Positions 58,994 through 64,000 of a stretch of DNA of 64,000 bases are shown one piece after another (the stretch's first letter is position 1; each line of letters opens with the position of its first letter). Under the pieces are notes generated by a model, which saw only the letters and a program-made list of their open reading frames with translations, was not told the DNA's origin and ran no database searches. The DNA is from Candidatus Falkowbacteria bacterium HGW-Falkowbacteria-1 (GTDB lineage: Bacteria > Patescibacteriota > Patescibacteriia > Patescibacteriales > UBA12465). The stretch lies in contig PHAI01000001.1 of NCBI GenBank assembly GCA_002840305.1, forward strand, positions 229,463-293,462. Direction: 5' to 3'. The position numbers and the translations under genes were made by a program.

Positions 58994-60100
58994 TTATATA
59001 TTCAGAGTTCCGAATATTTTTTCACTAACTATTTTTTGTTCGTATTTTTTTAATACCAGTTCATAAGCTTCTTCACCCATATTTTCTCTCGATTTATTAT
59101 CTGCCATTATATTTTCTAATTTATTCTTTAAATCTTCTATGTTTTTTGCTTCAATTAATAACCCAGATTTATTATTTTCAAAGACACTTCTTACTCCAGG
59201 CAGATTTGAGGCAATTACTGGGGTGCCACAGGCCATAGCCTCTATTAGAACAATACCAAAAGCTTCATTACTGTTTATGGATGGCAGAACTAAGACATCA
59301 GCTTTCTGATAGTTATTTATTAATTCTTCCGAATTTAATTTTCCAATAAATTTAACCTTATTTTCTAGTTTTAAATCTTTGACTAATTTTTGGTATTCTT
59401 TTTTTAATTCTCCCTCGCCCGAAATTAGCAGTTCCGTATTTTCTAAATTGGCCTGAGAAAAGGCTTGAATTAAAATATCAACTCCCTTGAAATAATGAGC
59501 CTTATCTAATCCGCCAATAAACAATATATCTTTATTTTTTTTATTCGCTTTTTTGTTTATATCTGGATGAAATTTTATAGTATCTACAAAAAATGGAATT
59601 TCAACAAATTTTTCTGGCCATACTAAGTAATATTTTTTAATTTGACTGTTTTTTATATAATCCAATGATGAGCAAACTATTTTTTCAGCTTTTTCAAATA
59701 GCGATCTCTTTATTAGTTCTTCGGGAAGGCTTAACAGTTTGTATAAAAAGTTCTTTTGTTTAACATCCATGTGGTATTGAATAATTAACCTTTTGTTAGG
59801 ATTAATTATTTTAAATAGCCAAATTATAAAAGATGTTCCAAAAAAAGGAAAATGAAAATATATTAGATCAAATTTTTTTAGTTTCCATAAAAGTTGCCAC
59901 AAAATAGAGCCGTGTCCGAGCTTTAAAAAGCTTTTTATTCTTATTATTTCAGCTTCATTTTTCTCGTTGTCTGTTTTTTGTTTACTAGTAAAGACGAAGG
60001 ATTCGCATCTTTCTCCTATTATTTCTTGTAATTTGTAAGCCGATGCTCCTATGCCTCCAGCGTAGGGAGGATAGACACAGACAACTTGGGCAATTTTCAT
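58994..60100 (-). CDS. glycosyltransferase family 4
   Basis: PSINSNEAFGIVLIEAMACGTPVIASNLPGVRSV. Confidence 0.8.
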   Translation of the reverse strand: MKIAQVVCVYPPYAGGIGASAYKLQEIIGERCESFVFTSKQKTDNEKNEAEIIRIKSFLKLGHGSILWQLLWKLKKFDLIYFHFPFFGTSFIIWLFKIINPNKRLIIQYHMDVKQKNFLYKLLSLPEELIKRSLFEKAEKIVCSSLDYIKNSQIKKYYLVWPEKFVEIPFFVDTIKFHPDINKKANKKNKDILFIGGLDKAHYFKGVDILIQAFSQANLENTELLISGEGELKKEYQKLVKDLKLENKVKFIGKLNSEELINNYQKADVLVLPSINSNEAFGIVLIEAMACGTPVIASNLPGVRSVFENNKSGLLIEAKNIEDLKNKLENIMADNKSRENMGEEAYELVLKKYEQKIVSEKIFGTLNI

Positions 60101-60128
60101 AATGTTATTTTTTTGTTATATTGTTTAT

Positions 60129-62372
60129 ATGGAAATACTGAAATGTTTAAAAAAGAATATCTTGCTCTTATTCATTTTACTTTTGTCACTGATTGTTAAT
60201 GTCGGTGCTATTTTTTATTATATTTATGAGTTAAATTGGCTTTCTTGGTTTTTTATTCTTTTTTTTAGTATTTTCGGTGTTTCTATTTTCTTTTATTTTA
60301 TCACTTATAAAAATTATCAGCAAGAATTTAAGAGCGGGGAAAAGCATAAAATTAAGATTGTCGATGTTATTTTATTCTCTCTAAGTCTTATTTCGTTTTT
60401 ATTTTTACTTTATGTTTTATATATAAGCTCAAGTAGTTTGGCCATTATTTCGCCTTGGCATTTTTTGCCGGCCTATTTCTTCCTTGTTTTTTCGGTGTTT
60501 TTGACCTTGGTTCTTTCTGGCTTTTATTTGAAAAGTTATTTTTCTAAAGTTCTTCTTATTTTTGTTTATTTTTTATTTTTTTCCGTTTCTTTTTTTATAT
60601 ATAAATTTGCCTTTGGCTACGATCAGCTTCTTCATCAAAGAGCTTTGTCCGAAATTTTACAGTTTGGGGTAATTAATCCCAAAACTTTTTATTATATCGG
60701 CCAATATTCTTTGGAGTTTTTTTTGATAAAGTCGCTACCATTTAGCTTGGAAACTATTAGCAGGGGATTAGTGCCATTTTTATCGGCTGTATTAGTTCCT
60801 TTATCTTTTTTGTTTAACTTTAAGGATAGAAATAAAAATATTTATTTTGTTTTACTTTTGCTTTTGTTTTTACCTTTTTCAATCTTTACTTATACCGTTC
60901 CGCAAAATTTAGCTTTTTTGTTTCTGACTTTAATAATAATTTTTTCTTTTAATAGTGACTTTATTGAAAAAAGGGGTGGCTTTTTGTTTTTATTTTCTTT
61001 GGCGCTATCTTCTTTTTTTATCCATCCTTTGGCAGGTATCCCGGCCTTAGTGTTTGTTTTTATCCTTTTTTTGTCTTTTCGACTTTCTTCTGTCATTTTG
61101 ACCGAGTTCTCAGCGAGAGGGCGAGCGGGGAAATCTATCTCCGCTTGTCATCTCGACCGAGAAAGTTGTGGAGCAACTTGCGAGCGGGGAGATCTGCTTC
61201 CTTTTGTTTTAGACCTCTCCACTCATTCGTCGCTTTGCTCCTTATTCGGTCGAGGTGACAAAAAAGAGACATCACTTTGTTCTTCGCTCGGTCGAGGTGA
61301 CAAAAAAGAGACATCACTTTGTTCTTCGTTCGGTCGAGGTGACAAAAAAGAGACATCACTTTGTTCTTCGTTCGGTCGAGGTGACAAAGATAAATGTTTT
61401 CCTTTATTATTTCGGCAAAGTGAGTGGTTCAGATGTAGACGAGGGCTTATTCAGAGAATATTGATAGTTTTCTCTTACGCTTCGCAAGTCTTAATTTTGC
61501 CGATTCTTCTTCTATTTGTGGGTGGAAAATTTTCTTGGCCAAAATTAAGTTTTGATTTCTTAATTCCTAGTATATTGGGACAAGAAAATGTTTTTTTAAA
61601 CTTTGTTTATTTCTTCTTTTTCAATAAATTCTATATTTTCTTCATTTTAATTATCTTTTCTGTTTATTTCTTTATTAAAAAATATAAATTTACCAATATT
61701 TTTGTGCTTAATTTTCTTGCTTTGTTTTTTTCTTATTTATTAAGTTTGTTTATTTCTTTTCCGTTTCTAAGCAATATTGATAAAAGCAGTTATTCTAATA
61801 GAATATTGATAATTTCTTTACTGTTTTTAATTCCTGTTTTTTACAATTTCTTTTCTGGCCTGCTTGATAAAATAAAAGTTAAAGATTTTTATTTCCGTCT
61901 TTATGTAGCTATATTTTTTGTTCTATTTTTAATTTCATCTCTGTATCTAAACTATCCGCGCAAAGATAATTATTTCAATTCTCGTGGTTATTCGGTGTCT
62001 TCTTTTGACTTTGAGGCTGTTAAATTAATCGAAGAGAAAAAAATAAATGACAATTATATAGTACTCGCCAACCAACAGGTGGGAGCAGCTGCAGTTAAAG
62101 AGTTTGGCTTTAAGAGATATTATGATGGCTGGTTTTATTATTCAGTTCAAACGGGTGGGCTTTTGTATGATTATTATTTAAAAATGCTTGAAAATCCAGA
62201 GGGGGAACTGATAGAAGGATTACTCTTGCAGGTAAAGGCTGATAATGCTTATGTAGTTGTAAATGATTATTGGTGGGCATTTGATAGAATCGTTAATGAA
62301 TTAAAGGTTGAGGCTGACAGTTATTACGAGGTTGGTGATGGTAAGATATTTATTTTTCATTTTGTAAAATAG
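60129..62372 (+). CDS. large polytopic membrane protein (possibly GT-C-like), interrupted in-frame by a GC-rich repeat element
   Basis: ATG 60129 preferred over 60102. Many TM helices lie on both sides of 61092..61397, and the last ~130 aa are soluble. Divergent from the GT4 pair. Confidence 0.5.
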   Translation: MEILKCLKKNILLLFILLLSLIVNVGAIFYYIYELNWLSWFFILFFSIFGVSIFFYFITYKNYQQEFKSGEKHKIKIVDVILFSLSLISFLFLLYVLYISSSSLAIISPWHFLPAYFFLVFSVFLTLVLSGFYLKSYFSKVLLIFVYFLFFSVSFFIYKFAFGYDQLLHQRALSEILQFGVINPKTFYYIGQYSLEFFLIKSLPFSLETISRGLVPFLSAVLVPLSFLFNFKDRNKNIYFVLLLLLFLPFSIFTYTVPQNLAFLFLTLIIIFSFNSDFIEKRGGFLFLFSLALSSFFIHPLAGIPALVFVFILFLSFRLSSVILTEFSARGRAGKSISACHLDRESCGATCERGDLLPFVLDLSTHSSLCSLFGRGDKKETSLCSSLGRGDKKETSLCSSFGRGDKKETSLCSSFGRGDKDKCFPLLFRQSEWFRCRRGLIQRILIVFSYASQVLILPILLLFVGGKFSWPKLSFDFLIPSILGQENVFLNFVYFFFFNKFYIFFILIIFSVYFFIKKYKFTNIFVLNFLALFFSYLLSLFISFPFLSNIDKSSYSNRILIISLLFLIPVFYNFFSGLLDKIKVKDFYFRLYVAIFFVLFLISSLYLNYPRKDNYFNSRGYSVSSFDFEAVKLIEEKKINDNYIVLANQQVGAAAVKEFGFKRYYDGWFYYSVQTGGLLYDYYLKMLENPEGELIEGLLLQVKADNAYVVVNDYWWAFDRIVNELKVEADSYYEVGDGKIFIFHFVK
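61092..61385. repeat. composite GC-rich palindromic element: two forward half-sites, four reverse half-sites, including a 42-bp tandem array (61246..61385)
   Basis: GTCATTTTGACCGAG (61092) and GTCATCTCGACCGAG (61147) are opposed by CTCGGTCGAGGTGAC-type halves spaced exactly 42 bp apart at 61246, 61288, 61330 and 61372. Same family as 29731..29826. Confidence 0.85.
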
Positions 62373-62474
62373 ATTTTATTTTTTCATCATTTATCTTTAC
62401 TTTCTTCATTTTTTGGTATATATTTAAAGAAAGATTTATAAATTTAGTAGAGCGTTTTTAAAATAAATAAATAT

Positions 62475-63695
62475 ATGGAAAATAATATAAAAATAGATAA
62501 AGAGAAAATAAAGATTATAGACGAGCTACTAGAAAGAAGTGTGGCTGAAATTTTGCCGACGAAAGAAGCTTTTAAAGAGCTGCTCCTTTCTGGCAAAAAA
62601 ATTAGATTTTATATCGGAACAGATGCTACTGGTTCTTCTTTACATTTGGGCCATGCTACTAATTATATTGTCTTTGAAAAGCTAAGGAAATTGGGTCATG
62701 AAGCTATACTTTTGATAGGTGATTTTACGGCTAGAATAGGTGATCCATCTGATAAAACATCGGCCAGACAACAATTAAGCAGGGAGGATGTAAAGGAAAA
62801 TATCAAGACCTGGATGAAACAGTTAGAGCCTTTAATTGATTTTAATGATAAAATCAATCCTCCACTTGTTAAATATAATCATGATTGGCTCGCTAAACTA
62901 AACTTTGAAGACTTAATAGGTATTGCTTCTAATTTTACTGTTCAGAGAATGCTAGAAAGAGATATGTTTGAAAAAAGACTAAAAGAAGAAAAGCCAATTT
63001 ATGTTCATGAATTTTTTTATCCCTTAATGCAAGGATATGATAGTGTTGCCATGGATGTGGACATGGAGCTTTGTGGGAATGACCAGAAATTTAATGCTTT
63101 GGCTGGAAGAACACTACAGAAAAAATATAATAATAAAGAAAAATTTGTTTTTATAACTACTCTTTTGGTAAATCCAGTAACAGGAGAAAAAATGATGTCT
63201 AAAAGTTTGGGTACTGGAATTTTTTTAGATAGCTCTGTTAATGATATGTTTGGAAAGGTGATGACTCAAGCTGATGAAAATATAGCTCAACTTTTTGTTG
63301 ATTGCACATTCGTGCCCATGGATGAAATTAAAGATATTAAGAAAAAATTAAAAAATAATGAAGTAAATCCACGTGATCTAAAAATGGACCTAGCTTATGA
63401 AATAGTAAAAATTTATCATGGCGAACAAAAAGCCAAGGAAGCCAAAAATTATTTTGTTTCTACTTTTTCCAAAAAAGAAGTTCCGACAGAAATGACAGAG
63501 TTAAAACCAAGCGCTTATGATTTGGTTTCTATTCTTGTAGAAGCTAAATTTGTCAGCTCTAAAACTGATGCTAGAAGGGTAATAGAGCAGGGAGGAGTAA
63601 AAGTTGATTCCCAGGTGATTAAAGATACAAATTTTACTGTATTGGCAGGATCGGTTGTGCAGAAAGGCAAAATTAATTTTTTGAAGGTAAAGTAA
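62475..63695 (+). CDS. tyrS: tyrosine--tRNA ligase
   Basis: GTDATGSSLHLGH (HIGH), GDFTARIGDPS, KMMSKSLG (KMSKS), C-terminal S4-like domain (SKTDARRVIEQGGVKVD). Confidence 0.9.
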   Translation: MENNIKIDKEKIKIIDELLERSVAEILPTKEAFKELLLSGKKIRFYIGTDATGSSLHLGHATNYIVFEKLRKLGHEAILLIGDFTARIGDPSDKTSARQQLSREDVKENIKTWMKQLEPLIDFNDKINPPLVKYNHDWLAKLNFEDLIGIASNFTVQRMLERDMFEKRLKEEKPIYVHEFFYPLMQGYDSVAMDVDMELCGNDQKFNALAGRTLQKKYNNKEKFVFITTLLVNPVTGEKMMSKSLGTGIFLDSSVNDMFGKVMTQADENIAQLFVDCTFVPMDEIKDIKKKLKNNEVNPRDLKMDLAYEIVKIYHGEQKAKEAKNYFVSTFSKKEVPTEMTELKPSAYDLVSILVEAKFVSSKTDARRVIEQGGVKVDSQVIKDTNFTVLAGSVVQKGKINFLKVK

Positions 63696-63750
63696 CCTAG
63701 TGGTGGTTTTGTAGAAGCTTTTTATAATATAGAATTATAATTATTTTAAT

Positions 63751-64000
63751 ATGGAAAAAATAGAAAGTCATAAACAAAATTGGGAAAAATTAGGGGAAAT
63801 GGATCCTTTATGGGCTGTTTTGTCTGATAACAGCAAGAGATTTAACAATTGGAACTTAGAAGAATTCCTGCAAACAGGAGAAGTTGAAGTCGAAAACGTT
63901 TATTCTGTTATGCGAGAGTTAAATGTTGGTTTGAATAAAGGGGAGGTATTGGATTTTGGTTGCGGAGTAGGAAGGCTAGCTAGACATTTCTTAAAACATT
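63751..64000 (+). CDS. 5' part of a class I SAM-dependent methyltransferase gene (runs off the right edge)
   Basis: ATG 63751. The translation ends with motif I VLDFGCGVGRLARH at the window edge. Confidence 0.6.
   Translation, partial: MEKIESHKQNWEKLGEMDPLWAVLSDNSKRFNNWNLEEFLQTGEVEVENVYSVMRELNVGLNKGEVLDFGCGVGRLARHFLKH

Noticed and set aside
61246-61385. Regularly spaced 42-bp repeats that could be mistaken for a CRISPR array.
   Set aside because: The units are directly contiguous with no unique spacers. They lie inside an ORF, belong to the palindromic GTCA(T/C)CTCGACCGAG family, and no cas genes are nearby.
61135-61464. ORFs 61135..61359 (minus strand) and 61255..61464 (plus strand) inside the repeat array.
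   Set aside because: Their repetitive translations (MSLFCHLDR..., KKRHHFVLRSVEVT...) are by-products of the 42-bp tandem repeat, where every frame is open.

Overview
AT-rich, gene-dense bacterial chromosome segment using the standard genetic code (TGA serves as a stop and long conserved ORFs are intact). The content suggests a Patescibacteria/CPR-type small-genome organism; this is inference, not proof. It has a minimal housekeeping set (ligA, gatC, gatA, valS, typA, holB, frr, rseP, hpf, secA, tyrS), a short archaeal-like ValRS, many type IV pilin-like proteins and little metabolism.

Main blocks:
1. 1-2.7 kb: a pseudopilin cluster ending in a PilX-like protein that carries a FISUMP domain.
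2. Two tRNA-Ser genes (anticodon GGA at 8008..8095, UGA at 16435..16521). Each is followed by decayed copies of its own 3' end and terminator, which delimit small accessory gene islets. A GIY-YIG ORF sits between a duplicated 26-nt tRNA 5' fragment and tRNA-Ser(GGA).
3. Two paralogous PAS histidine kinases. One lies next to a LivK-type binding protein and a receiver-only regulator.
4. 34.8-62.4 kb: a surface/glycan locus. Two modular pilins share one N-terminal pilin module but carry different beta-propeller-like repeat heads. They bracket a Wzx / Wzy_C-type glycan assembly cluster: priming transferase, seven GT4 genes (one a two-domain fusion), UDP-xylose synthase, UDP-GlcA 4-epimerase-like enzyme, four consecutive methyltransferases, and a Wzy_C+TPR protein. 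I flag this as a candidate pilin/surface-protein O-glycosylation system.
5. A family of GC-rich palindromic repeats at 29731..29826 and 61092..61385, with related GC-rich elements at 8145..8278 and 9087..9259. One copy lies in-frame inside a polytopic membrane protein gene.

No CRISPR array, rRNA, transposase or integrase gene was seen. All calls rest on motif reading by eye; no database search was run.
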